From assembly GCA_029210695.1 (NCBI GenBank), contig JARGFH010000038.1, positions 1 through 36,648 of the forward strand: DNA of 36,648 nucleotides, written 5' to 3'. The notes under the pieces were generated by a model. That model was given only the letters and a program-made list of their open reading frames with translations. It searched no databases and was not told the origin of the DNA. The stretch's first letter is position 1. Each line of letters starts with the position of its first letter. This stretch comes from Acidimicrobiia bacterium. GTDB taxonomy: Bacteria > Actinomycetota > Acidimicrobiia > Spongiisociales > JAHEDJ01. Of the stretch, positions 1 through 8,483 are shown in pieces. A program made the translations under genes and the position numbers.

Positions 1-443
1 CTAGGTTCTGAGTTCTAGGTTTTACCGGCGCCTGGAGACAATCTCACATACACGGACCTCTGCCTACGGCGATGGGCCAATTGCCAATTGCCAGCCACCG
101 ATACTTCTCGTTCTCAGGGCACCGGGTTTCCTGAGTCGCTGGTCCCTTGTCGCGGGTCGCGGGTGGGCGGTTCCAGCTTTTGGGTTCTAGGTTCTACCGG
201 CGCTCCACGGATTCCTGCCAGCCCTACGGCGATGGGCCAATTGCCAATTGCCAATTGCCCTCGTTCTCAGGGCACCGGGTTTCCTGAGTCGCTGGTCCCT
301 TGTCGCGGGTCGCGGGTGGGCGGTTCCAGGTTTTGGGTTCTAGGTTCTACCGGCGCCTGGAGACGATCTCACATAACCCGGCCTCTGCCTACGGCGATGG
401 GCCAATTGCCAATTGCCAATTGCCCTCGTTCTCAGGGCACCGG
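1..443. repeat. Tandem composite repeat, ~155-165 bp unit, ~2.8 copies, truncated at window start, built from heptamer tracts
   Basis: CCTACGGCGATGGGCCAATTGCCAATTGCC starts at 63, 223 and 388; CTCGTTCTCAGGGCACCGG starts at 107, 260 and 425; 107-203 and 260-356 differ at one base. Confidence 0.95.
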
Positions 444-472
444 ACTCGCCCCATCGTTATGCTCCGACCACC

Positions 473-1162
473 ATGGAGGGTCTCATCGATACTGCTCGCC
501 AACTCGTCGCTCACAAGGACATGGCTGCCCTGGTCGAGTACCTGGCCGACGGAACCGACCCCGTCGAAGCACTCGATGTCTTTCGCTCGTTGGCGAATGA
601 GGCCTACTGGGAGCGCAAAGATCTGGACCAAGCAATGGCGATTGCTCGATCCGGGATCACTTTTGGCTTGGCGCGGTCGGCCGGCTCGGACCAGGCGTAC
701 GACCTCCGGAGCGCGGTCAAGGCAATAGCGTTCAACCTCGCCTCGTTTGCCTGGCCGGGTTGGAATGAAGATGGGATCGAGATCAACCGGCACCACCTCA
801 CCGCTGCGCTTGACTCCGCCCGAACCAACGTGCGGTTGGCCGTCGAGTTGGAGAAGGGGTCGGTTGCGATCGCGCGAGGCCACTGGATGGTGGGGGCGAC
901 GCTCCTGGCGCTCGAACGGTATCAAGAGTCGATAGCCGAGTTTCTGGCCGCTCGATTGTCGGCCGACGAAGGTCGATCTGAGGTGGAGTCTGCGATGGCC
1001 GAGGGATACGCAGCCCTGGTCCGGGTCATAGAGCGTCCAGGCGAGCAAGAGCTCGAGGATGAGCTTGGCGAGCTCCTGGAAAGGCTGCGCTCGACAGAGG
1101 ACGGCGACTCCTATGCCGGTCAGATCGAGACGGCCAAGCGCGTCTTCACGCCGAATAACTAG
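473..1162 (+). CDS. Hypothetical helical (TPR-like) protein
   Basis: The 413-1162 frame; the first ATG beyond the repeat is at 473, preceded by TATGCT at 458-463. Ala/Leu-rich helical pattern (ARGHWMVGATLLALERYQESIAEFLAA) and an FNLASFAWPGW motif. Confidence 0.7.
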   Translation: MEGLIDTARQLVAHKDMAALVEYLADGTDPVEALDVFRSLANEAYWERKDLDQAMAIARSGITFGLARSAGSDQAYDLRSAVKAIAFNLASFAWPGWNEDGIEINRHHLTAALDSARTNVRLAVELEKGSVAIARGHWMVGATLLALERYQESIAEFLAARLSADEGRSEVESAMAEGYAALVRVIERPGEQELEDELGELLERLRSTEDGDSYAGQIETAKRVFTPNN

Positions 1163-1175
1163 CAAGCGGTGAGAA

Positions 1176-1205
1176 GTTCTAGGTTTTGGGTTCTGGGTTT
1201 CTACC
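1176..1205. repeat. Short heptamer tract (TTCTAGG/TTTTGGG/TTCTGGG)
   Basis: gttctaggttttgggttctgggtttctacc, same family as the tracts in 1-350 and at 2651-2677. Confidence 0.8.
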
Positions 1206-1388
1206 GCGCCGGCAGTCACTCTTGAGGCTCATTGCTCACAGCTTCCTGCGAAGTGGCGATTACCGATTGCTCGATTCCTGCGTCTCGGTTTCTACCTTGT
1301 GACGATGGTCCCTAGTGTTCAGGTCGGGCAGCGGCGGACACTTGTTCTGCCGGTTTGTCGGCTTTTTCGTAACAAGGAGAGGAAGGGA

Positions 1389-2594
1389 ATGTCCAGAACG
1401 AAGGTATCCCGCGTTCTCTTGGTGTTCGTCGCGTTCGCACTCGTCGCCGCAGCCTGCGGCGACGCTGAACCCGTTGATGCCGAGGGTTTCAAATTCGGAA
1501 TGATCCTGGTTGGACCACAGAACGACCACGGCTGGAGCCAGGCACACTTCGAGGCGGGTCAGTACGTCGCCGAACTCACCGGTGCCGAGATGATCGTGCA
1601 GGACAAAGTCAATCCGGCCGACCTGCCGGAGAAGACTGTTGATCAGGTGGCGGCCGACCTCATTGCCCTGGGTGCGCAGCTCGTCTTTGCCACGTCGGAC
1701 GATATGAAGGACGGTGTCCTTCTGGCTGCCGAGCAGAATCCCGATGTACCGATGATCTGGTCGTCCGGGGACAGCGCCTGGGAAGATGGCAAGGCGTTCG
1801 CCGGTCTCGACAACCTGGGCAATGTGATGGGCAAAATGGAGTTCGGCAAGATGATTGCCGGTTGCGCAGCCGGGTTGACTACTCAGACCGGGTCGATCGG
1901 CTACGTGGGTCCGCTCACCAACGACGAAACCCAACGGCTGGTCAACTCAGCGTATCTCGGAGCCAAGTACTGCTGGGAGAACTACCGCGGTGAGACGACC
2001 GCGCTGGACTTCGCAGTGACCTGGATCGGGTTCTGGTTCAATATTCCCGGGTTCACTCTGGATCCGACACAGGTCTCCAACGAGTTCCTCGACTCCGGTG
2101 CCGACGTGCTGATCTCAGGCATTGACACCACTGAAGCACTGGTGGAGGCAGGGAAACGGGCGAGCGAGGGCGAGGCCGTTTGGTCCGTTCCCTACGACTT
2201 CGAAGGTGCGTGCGCAGAGGCGCCGGAGATCTGCCTGGGCACCCCCTACTTCAACTGGGGACCGGCCTATCTAGAGATCGTCAATTCGGTCGTCAATGGT
2301 GACTTCAAAGCCGATTGGCAATGGAACGGACCGGACTGGGACAACCTCACCGACAACACCAAGACGGCCGTCGGGTGGGTGAGTGGCGACGGTCTCTCGG
2401 CCGACGCTTCTTCCGACCTCGATGACTTCATCGCCGGTCTGGGTTCGGGAGACATCAATCTCTTCACCGGGCCCCTCAACTACCAGGATGGAAGCGTCTA
2501 TCTCGCCGACGGCGAGGAAGCTACGGACTTCCAGATCTGGTACACGGAGCAGCTGCTCGAAGGCATCACGGGAGAAAGCGCCTCAGGCGAATAG
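1389..2594 (+). CDS. BMP family (PnrA-like) ABC substrate-binding lipoprotein, probably nucleoside/purine
   Basis: AAGGAGAGGAAGGG RBS before ATG 1389; signal peptide with lipobox VAAAC; GPQNDHGWSQAH motif; followed by a cognate ATPase and permeases. Confidence 0.9.
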   Translation: MSRTKVSRVLLVFVAFALVAAACGDAEPVDAEGFKFGMILVGPQNDHGWSQAHFEAGQYVAELTGAEMIVQDKVNPADLPEKTVDQVAADLIALGAQLVFATSDDMKDGVLLAAEQNPDVPMIWSSGDSAWEDGKAFAGLDNLGNVMGKMEFGKMIAGCAAGLTTQTGSIGYVGPLTNDETQRLVNSAYLGAKYCWENYRGETTALDFAVTWIGFWFNIPGFTLDPTQVSNEFLDSGADVLISGIDTTEALVEAGKRASEGEAVWSVPYDFEGACAEAPEICLGTPYFNWGPAYLEIVNSVVNGDFKADWQWNGPDWDNLTDNTKTAVGWVSGDGLSADASSDLDDFIAGLGSGDINLFTGPLNYQDGSVYLADGEEATDFQIWYTEQLLEGITGESASGE

Positions 2595-2617
2595 AACAAA
2601 AGGCCCGATACGAAGAA

Positions 2618-2643
2618 GGGGGAGGGGAGCAATCCCCTCCCCC
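2618..2643 (+). terminator. Stem-loop after SBP gene (terminator or mRNA stabiliser)
   Basis: GGGGGAGGGGA-GCAA-TCCCCTCCCCC: perfect 11-bp stem with GNRA loop, 24 nt after the stop; weak U-tract. Confidence 0.7.
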
Positions 2644-2650
2644 TCTCAAT

Positions 2651-2761
2651 GTTCTAGGTTCTAGGTTTTGGGTTCTACGTGGGCTACCGATAACTCAGAA
2701 CCTACAACTCAGAACCTCCGCAGGCTCTTGACCAATTGCCAATTGCCAATTGCCAATTGCC
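2651..2761. repeat. Inverted heptamer tracts plus (CCAATTG)4
   Basis: gttctaggttctaggttttgggtt (2651-2674) is an imperfect inverted repeat of aactcagaacctacaactcagaac (2692-2715); CCAATTG x4 at 2732-2759. Confidence 0.85.
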
Positions 2762-2832
2762 TAGGGCCCATTGCCAATGGCTAATTCCCCGGGACCAGCC
2801 GCGCGACGGTGTCGCCGCGTTAGTCTCCCCGC

Positions 2833-4299
2833 ATGGGCTTCGAGCTGCGTGAGATCCACAAGCACTTCGGACCGGTGCGCGCCAACGACGGAGTCAACCT
2901 CAGCGTCGCATCCGGGGAGCTCCACGGGCTGCTCGGCGAGAACGGGGCGGGCAAGTCCACCCTCATGAAGGTCCTGTCGGGCTTTCACCTGAAAACCTCC
3001 GGCGAGATCCTTGTTGATGGAGAACCGGTCGAACTGAGGACGCCGGCCGACGCAATGCTGCACGGCATCGGCATGCTGCATCAGGATCCACTCGTGTTCT
3101 TGCCGTTCACGGTGCTCGACAACTTCCTCATCGGCAGTCCCGGCCCAGAGCGGGTGAACCGGCGCGAAGCTGCCCGCGATTTGGCCGCGCTGGCCGAGCG
3201 CTTCGACTTCAGTTTCGATCCTGATACGCCGACCAGGAGGCTCACGGTTGGTGAGCGTCAACAGCTCGAGATCCTCCGGTTGCTGTGGCTGGGTGCCCGT
3301 GTGTTGATCCTCGATGAACCCACCACGGGCATCTCGGCACCGCAACGCCTCAAGCTGTTCGCAACGTTGCGTGAGCTCGCCGCAGATGGAATGAGCGTGG
3401 TCTTCGTTTCGCACAAGTTGGAAGAGGTTGAGGAACTGTGCGAGCGGGTCACGATCATACGGGCCGGTGCGGTCGTGGGAGAACGAGATCTCCCCTGTCC
3501 GGCTTCGGAATTGGTCGAGCTGATGTTCGGCGGCGAAGTGGAGGTGGGCGAGCGGCCCGTCGTCGGCCTGGGCCCACCCCGTCTGGTTGTATCCGGGCTC
3601 GGGGTGCATGACCGGATGGTCGGCGTTGAGGACTTCGACCTCGAGGTGACTGAAGGCGAGGTGATCGGGCTGGCCGGGCTGGAGGGCAGCGGCCAGCGGA
3701 TCGTGCTCGACGCTCTCTCCGGCCTGCGGCGGGCGCAAGCCGGGGCGATCAAGGTGGGGGGACGGGACCTCACGAGGACCGGATACCGCGGGTATCTCGC
3801 AGCCGGCGTGCAGTTCCTTCCGGCCGGCCGTCTCGAGGAGGGCCTCGTGGCCGGACTGACACTGACCGAGCACTTCGTTCTCGCCGGTCGTCGCGATGGT
3901 TTTCGTATCGACTGGGATGGTGCCAGAGAAGAAGCCGCCCGTGACATTGCTGAACACTTCATCAAGGGAACTCCCGAGTCCACCGCCGAGTCGCTCTCCG
4001 GTGGTAATCAACAGCGTCTTCTCCTCGCCATGCTGCAAGAGAACCTCTCGGTCCTGCTGATGGAACATCCGACGCGCGGCCTCGACATCGAATCAGCAGC
4101 CTGGGTCTGGGAACAGCTTCTGCTACGACGGGAAGACGGCACGGCGATCGTCTTTGCCTCAGCCGACCTCGATGAGCTGCTCGAATACAGCGACCGGATT
4201 CTCGTGTTCTTCAACGGATCTGTTCTTGCGGAAGTGAGCGCGCGCAAATCGAGTGTCGACGAACTTGGTCACCTCATCGGGGGGAAGGTGAGTCGATGA
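2833..4299 (+). CDS. ABC transporter ATP-binding protein, duplicated NBD (CUT2 sugar/nucleoside type)
   Basis: Walker A GENGAGKST, LILDEPT and SHKL in the first domain; LSGGNQQR and EHPTRGLD in the second. Confidence 0.95.
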   Translation: MGFELREIHKHFGPVRANDGVNLSVASGELHGLLGENGAGKSTLMKVLSGFHLKTSGEILVDGEPVELRTPADAMLHGIGMLHQDPLVFLPFTVLDNFLIGSPGPERVNRREAARDLAALAERFDFSFDPDTPTRRLTVGERQQLEILRLLWLGARVLILDEPTTGISAPQRLKLFATLRELAADGMSVVFVSHKLEEVEELCERVTIIRAGAVVGERDLPCPASELVELMFGGEVEVGERPVVGLGPPRLVVSGLGVHDRMVGVEDFDLEVTEGEVIGLAGLEGSGQRIVLDALSGLRRAQAGAIKVGGRDLTRTGYRGYLAAGVQFLPAGRLEEGLVAGLTLTEHFVLAGRRDGFRIDWDGAREEAARDIAEHFIKGTPESTAESLSGGNQQRLLLAMLQENLSVLLMEHPTRGLDIESAAWVWEQLLLRREDGTAIVFASADLDELLEYSDRILVFFNGSVLAEVSARKSSVDELGHLIGGKVSR

Positions 4300-5381
4300 A
4301 TCTCGCCGATCTCTGGAAACGCAGCCGGACGGGGGTCCTGGCAGTGGCGATGGCGCTGGTGGTAGGCATTCTGTTGCTCCTCGTCGCCGGCGCCAACCCG
4401 TTTGAGGCCCTTGGTGTGATCATCGACGGGTCGCTGGGTAGCACCGCCAGGTTCGGCGATACGCTGATGGTGTGGGCACCGCTGGTCCTGGCGGCCGCCG
4501 GCCTGCTCATCACGTTTGCTGCCGGGCTTTGGAACATCGGCGTCGAGGGTCAGATCGTCTTCGGTGCGATCGCCGCTTCGCTAGTTGCCCGAGAGGTTTC
4601 CGGTCCTACCTGGTTGATTGTGACGCTGGCTTTGCTGGCCGGATTCGTGGGCGGAGGGTTCTGGGCCTTCCTCGCCGGTCTGCTCAGGACGTATGGAAAG
4701 GTCAACGAGATCTTCGGGGGTCTCGGGTTGTTTTTCGTGGCTCAGGCGCTCGCCGTCTATCTCGTGCTTGGACCATGGAAGCGACCGGGCGTCGCCTCGA
4801 CCAGTGGAACCGAACCGTTCCCCCGAGAGTCGTGGCTCCCGACGCTGGGTTCGACCCGACTCTCCTGGGTCGCCGTTCTCGTGGCGGTGATCGCCGTGCT
4901 GGTGGTGTTCTACCTGCTGCGCGGCACGCGCTTCGGTCTGCGGCTGAAGGCCGTCGGCAAGAACATGCGTAGCGCCTTCCTTCTCGGAATTCCCACGGGC
5001 CGCTACATGCTGGCCGCCTTTGCCCTCGGTGGAGGACTGGCTGGCCTAGCCGGTGCCGTCCAGGCGACCGGGTTTCATCACAAGCTCGTGCCGTCCATCT
5101 CCGGTGGGTATGGATTTCTGGCGATCCTGGTGGCGATGTTGGCCGGTTATGCGGCACGCTGGATCGCACCGATCGCCTTCGTGTTTGCCATGCTGGCCGT
5201 GGGCAGCACGCTCCTTCCGTTGAAACTCGGGCTCGACTCCTCTGTCGGCGGTGTATTGCAGGGCGTGCTGGTGCTGTTCACGATCCTGGCGCAGGGCTGG
5301 CAGGCGCGTAGACAGGACCGATCGGACGGAATGGCGGTCGGGCCACCGGAGACACCGATCGTTCCCGGAGAGGTGGGCTGA
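4296..5381 (+). CDS. ABC transporter permease (nucleoside/BPD_transp_2 type)
   Basis: ATGA overlap with the ATPase; GLWNIGVEGQ motif; many TM helices; TRFGLRLKAVG. Confidence 0.93.
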   Translation: MNLADLWKRSRTGVLAVAMALVVGILLLLVAGANPFEALGVIIDGSLGSTARFGDTLMVWAPLVLAAAGLLITFAAGLWNIGVEGQIVFGAIAASLVAREVSGPTWLIVTLALLAGFVGGGFWAFLAGLLRTYGKVNEIFGGLGLFFVAQALAVYLVLGPWKRPGVASTSGTEPFPRESWLPTLGSTRLSWVAVLVAVIAVLVVFYLLRGTRFGLRLKAVGKNMRSAFLLGIPTGRYMLAAFALGGGLAGLAGAVQATGFHHKLVPSISGGYGFLAILVAMLAGYAARWIAPIAFVFAMLAVGSTLLPLKLGLDSSVGGVLQGVLVLFTILAQGWQARRQDRSDGMAVGPPETPIVPGEVG

Positions 5382-6322
5382 TGGAAGCGACACTCGCCTC
5401 GATTCTCGCTGCGTCGACACCCCTGATCTTCATCGTCATCGGAGAGACAATCACCGAGAAGGCAGGCGTCATCAACCTGTCTCTCGACGGAACCGTTCTG
5501 CTGTCGGCGATGGTCGGATTCGCCGGCGCCTACGAGAGTGGCTCGGTAATCGTCGGTTTCTCGGCGGCGGCGCTGGTGTCGGCGCTGGCTGCTCTCCTGG
5601 TCGCCTATTCGAGCATTGCGCTCCGTCTCAATCAGGTCGCCGTGGGGTTCGTGCTATTCCAGCTGACCGGCGAGCTGAGCGCATTCCTCGGGGATCCATA
5701 TGTCCGCGTTCCGGGCCCAACCGTCGCCTACCGTCCGATCCCGCTGCTGGAAGACATCCCATTTGTCGGGAAAGTCTTCTTTCAACACGACCTGATCGTC
5801 TACGGCAGCATCGTGTTGATCTTCGTTACCTACTGGTTCATGTTCCGCACCCGCCGGGGGTTGAAGCTACAGGCAGTCGGCGAACGGCCTGAAGCCGCCC
5901 ATTCGAGAGGAGTACCGGTCAATCGACTCCGCTACCTCTACGCGGCCGGTGGGGGCGCCCTGGTCGGCATGGGAGGGGCGGCATACTCACTCGGTGCCAA
6001 GATCGGATGGTCGGAAGGCCACACGACCGGCCTGGGGTGGATTGCGCTCGCCATCGTCATCTTCGGAGGCTGGCATCCGTACAGGGCGGCGTTCGGGGTG
6101 TACCTCTTCGGAGCGTTGCAGTTCTCTGCAATCAAGCTCCAGGATGTCTTCCCCGACCTGACCCAGGTCCTCGGCACGCTGCCCTTCCCGATCATGATCT
6201 TCACGCTCGTCCTGGTCTACAGCGACCGGGTACGCAGCCTCACCGACCGGTATCCGGCACTGCGCGGCATCCTTGGCAGCGATCCTCCGTCCGCCATCGG
6301 GACTCGTTTCGACGTCGACTGA
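5381..6322 (+). CDS. ABC transporter permease (second subunit)
   Basis: TGATG overlap; EKAGVINLSLDG, GLKLQAVGERPEAA and GWIALAIVIFGGW motifs. Confidence 0.93.
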   Translation: MEATLASILAASTPLIFIVIGETITEKAGVINLSLDGTVLLSAMVGFAGAYESGSVIVGFSAAALVSALAALLVAYSSIALRLNQVAVGFVLFQLTGELSAFLGDPYVRVPGPTVAYRPIPLLEDIPFVGKVFFQHDLIVYGSIVLIFVTYWFMFRTRRGLKLQAVGERPEAAHSRGVPVNRLRYLYAAGGGALVGMGGAAYSLGAKIGWSEGHTTGLGWIALAIVIFGGWHPYRAAFGVYLFGALQFSAIKLQDVFPDLTQVLGTLPFPIMIFTLVLVYSDRVRSLTDRYPALRGILGSDPPSAIGTRFDVD

Positions 6323-6367
6323 CGGAGCCCGTCGCAACCTGACAGAATATGTTGGAGAGGTGATCGT

Positions 6368-6835
6368 ATGAAACGTGCATGGATGAAGTTCATTAAGTGG
6401 GCCCTGCTATTCGATCTGGTGGCCCTCATCGCGGCCCAGGTTGCCAAGCAGTTGATCCCAGAAGTAGGCGATGAAGACAGCGACGTGTTCCAGACGGTGA
6501 CCATGACCGGAGGTCGGAACTGGGTCGGCAAGGCTGAGGCGTTGCGATCCGGGACGGTGATCACGGGGATGGGTGGCATGGAGATGGACCTCACTATGGT
6601 GACTCTCGACCCGGCGGGCGCCCACCTCAAGGTCATCACGATCATGGGAGGCGTCGAGATCCGCGTGCCGCGCGGATGGAACGTCGAGTTGAAGGGCTGG
6701 GCGTTCATGGGAGGTCATGCCAACAGCGCCAGGAAACAGGAGGTCCCCGACGACGCTCCGCATCTGATCATCGAGGCCTCGACGGTGATGGGCGGTGTGG
6801 CGGTGACTCCGGCGAAGGAAGTGACTCGCCTGTAG
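6368..6835 (+). CDS. Membrane-anchored protein with LiaF/DUF2154-like beta-repeat domain
   Basis: GGAGAGG RBS; N-terminal hydrophobic segment; repeated MGG turns (GMGGMEMDL, IMGGVEIRVP, FMGG, VMGGV). Confidence 0.7.
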   Translation: MKRAWMKFIKWALLFDLVALIAAQVAKQLIPEVGDEDSDVFQTVTMTGGRNWVGKAEALRSGTVITGMGGMEMDLTMVTLDPAGAHLKVITIMGGVEIRVPRGWNVELKGWAFMGGHANSARKQEVPDDAPHLIIEASTVMGGVAVTPAKEVTRL

Positions 6836-6927
6836 TGCGTCCCTGATCCCGGGTTGGGGCCGGTTGCCCCCATTGAGTTCAAGCCGTGGATCTGCAACCC
6901 TGTGGGCGGCAGGAAGAAAGGAATCCC

Positions 6928-7497
6928 TTGGCGGCGGTTGACATACCGGGGTTCATCGCGGACTTGAAAGACCACGCGGTTGACCACCACTTCCATGTGC
7001 ACGACGAGCGGCACTTTGTGGAGACCTACTCGATGCGTCAGTCGTGGGAGGTGGTCCTGCACCCCGAGGAAGCGTGCGGCGGCCCTCTCGACTTGCACCT
7101 GGCTCTCGAGGTTGATCCGCGGGTCGTGATGGCATTCGAGGATCAACTCGAAGAACTCGGAGAAGAGTTCACAGAGCCCGAGGATCTGCATCATCTTCCG
7201 CTCTATTTCAACTGGGCGTTACCTCCTTTGCCGTACCCGCCGGATCTTCTCGTGCTGGCCACCGACCTGGCCGGGATCGGAGCAACAGATCTTCCGTTGG
7301 AGGTGTCGGCTATCGATTCGTTCGCGTCCGTGACGGATGCCGCCCAGAGGAGCTTGACGATCGTCGGTCGGGTCGAGGTCTCTCTCACTGAGGCGTTCAT
7401 GGGTCGAGAACAACTGTGCGATGCCCTTGATCGCGCCCACGAAATCAGTCTCTTCTTGCTGGAGGGTTCGTCAGACTGGCTAGCCGAATCGGTGTGA
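6928..7497 (+). CDS. Hypothetical acidic protein
   Basis: Probable TTG start at 6928 after AAAGGAA; coding-like composition; His-rich N-terminus (DHAVDHHFHVHDERH); no recognised family. Confidence 0.65.
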   Translation: MAAVDIPGFIADLKDHAVDHHFHVHDERHFVETYSMRQSWEVVLHPEEACGGPLDLHLALEVDPRVVMAFEDQLEELGEEFTEPEDLHHLPLYFNWALPPLPYPPDLLVLATDLAGIGATDLPLEVSAIDSFASVTDAAQRSLTIVGRVEVSLTEAFMGREQLCDALDRAHEISLFLLEGSSDWLAESV

Positions 7498-7650
7498 TAG
7501 GTCGGAGCGCCGGACGTGTCCTTCGGCGGCAACCACACGGATGGTGACGGTATGCGGTCCGGTTTCCGAGTATCCCCGGCGCCTCATCTCCCTCAAGACG
7601 AGACCGGGCCTGCTCGGGAATGACCGGCAGCAGCCCGGCGCTCACCACCG

Positions 7651-8337
7651 CTAGAAGGGTACCCCGACCGCCTCGCAGAGGAACTTCATGAAGGGCGCCC
7701 CGCGCCTGCAGTAGTCGGTGACATCCTCCATGAGCTGATCCGACGTGAGCTGGCTTTGAGTCAGCCGCGTCGAGGCGATGAAATCCTTGCGTTTGAGGTC
7801 GTCGATCAGTGGATGATTCCCGTCGTAGCCTTTCGGAGGGCGAACCAGCGAATCGCCGGTCAGCGCAAACACATCGGTGAAGCGCGTGCCGCGCGTTGCC
7901 CTCTTCCAGTCGGCGGGGTGGTCGGCTATCTGCTGCCGAATCTGATAGGCAGCCTTGGTCTCCGGTCTCCACAGGCCGACCCCGAGGAAGCATTCGCCCG
8001 GTTGAAGATGCAGATAGAAGCCGGGGGCGTGGGCATCCTTGCCGGCAATGTGGCGGAACTGCATTCCCGTGTTCGGCTTGTAAGGCGTTTTGTCTTTGCT
8101 GAACCGCGTATCTCGCTGGATTCTGAAAAGCGAACCACCAACGGTCCTGGAGTCGGCTACGAAGTTATCTGAGATCTTTGCCAATGGGCCGGCGAAATCG
8201 GTTATGAAGTCGAGCGCCGGTTCACGCACATATTGCTCGTAGTCAGACTGATGGGCCTTGAACCAATCCCGGTCGTTGTTTTGAGCGAGGTCGCGGAGGA
8301 ATGCGAAGAGCTTGGGGGTGAAATATCTGCTACCCAT
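7651..8337 (-). CDS. DUF2461 / TIGR02453 family protein
   Basis: FLRDLAQNNDRDWF, FRIQRDTRFSKDKTPYK and PGFYLHLQPG motifs; ATG 8337 lies 6 nt after TATGTT. Confidence 0.9.
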   Translation of the reverse strand: MGSRYFTPKLFAFLRDLAQNNDRDWFKAHQSDYEQYVREPALDFITDFAGPLAKISDNFVADSRTVGGSLFRIQRDTRFSKDKTPYKPNTGMQFRHIAGKDAHAPGFYLHLQPGECFLGVGLWRPETKAAYQIRQQIADHPADWKRATRGTRFTDVFALTGDSLVRPPKGYDGNHPLIDDLKRKDFIASTRLTQSQLTSDQLMEDVTDYCRRGAPFMKFLCEAVGVPF

Positions 8338-8483
8338 CCGGGAAACATACCCTTCAAGGAGCGCCTTTGTCTCTTCGATAAGTACTTGTATGTCGACGCA
8401 CCGGGCGGCAACGTCGACGGGTGCACAACTTGAACGGAGCCGGCGCAATGGTGGCGATCTTCCGCAATTCTGCGGATGAACCT

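Noticed and set aside
1..443. CRISPR array
   Set aside because: The conserved part of each unit is over 100 bp, the variable segments of units 1 and 3 are related rather than unique, and there are no cas genes in the window.
88..728. ORFs 88-600 and 300-728 as proteins
   Set aside because: They are translations of the DNA repeat (QLPIANC, VLGS) and overlap the better gene at 473-1162.
7498..7650. ncRNA in the 150-bp gap between convergent genes
   Set aside because: Only short GC-rich pairings; no recognisable RNA family motif or repeat.
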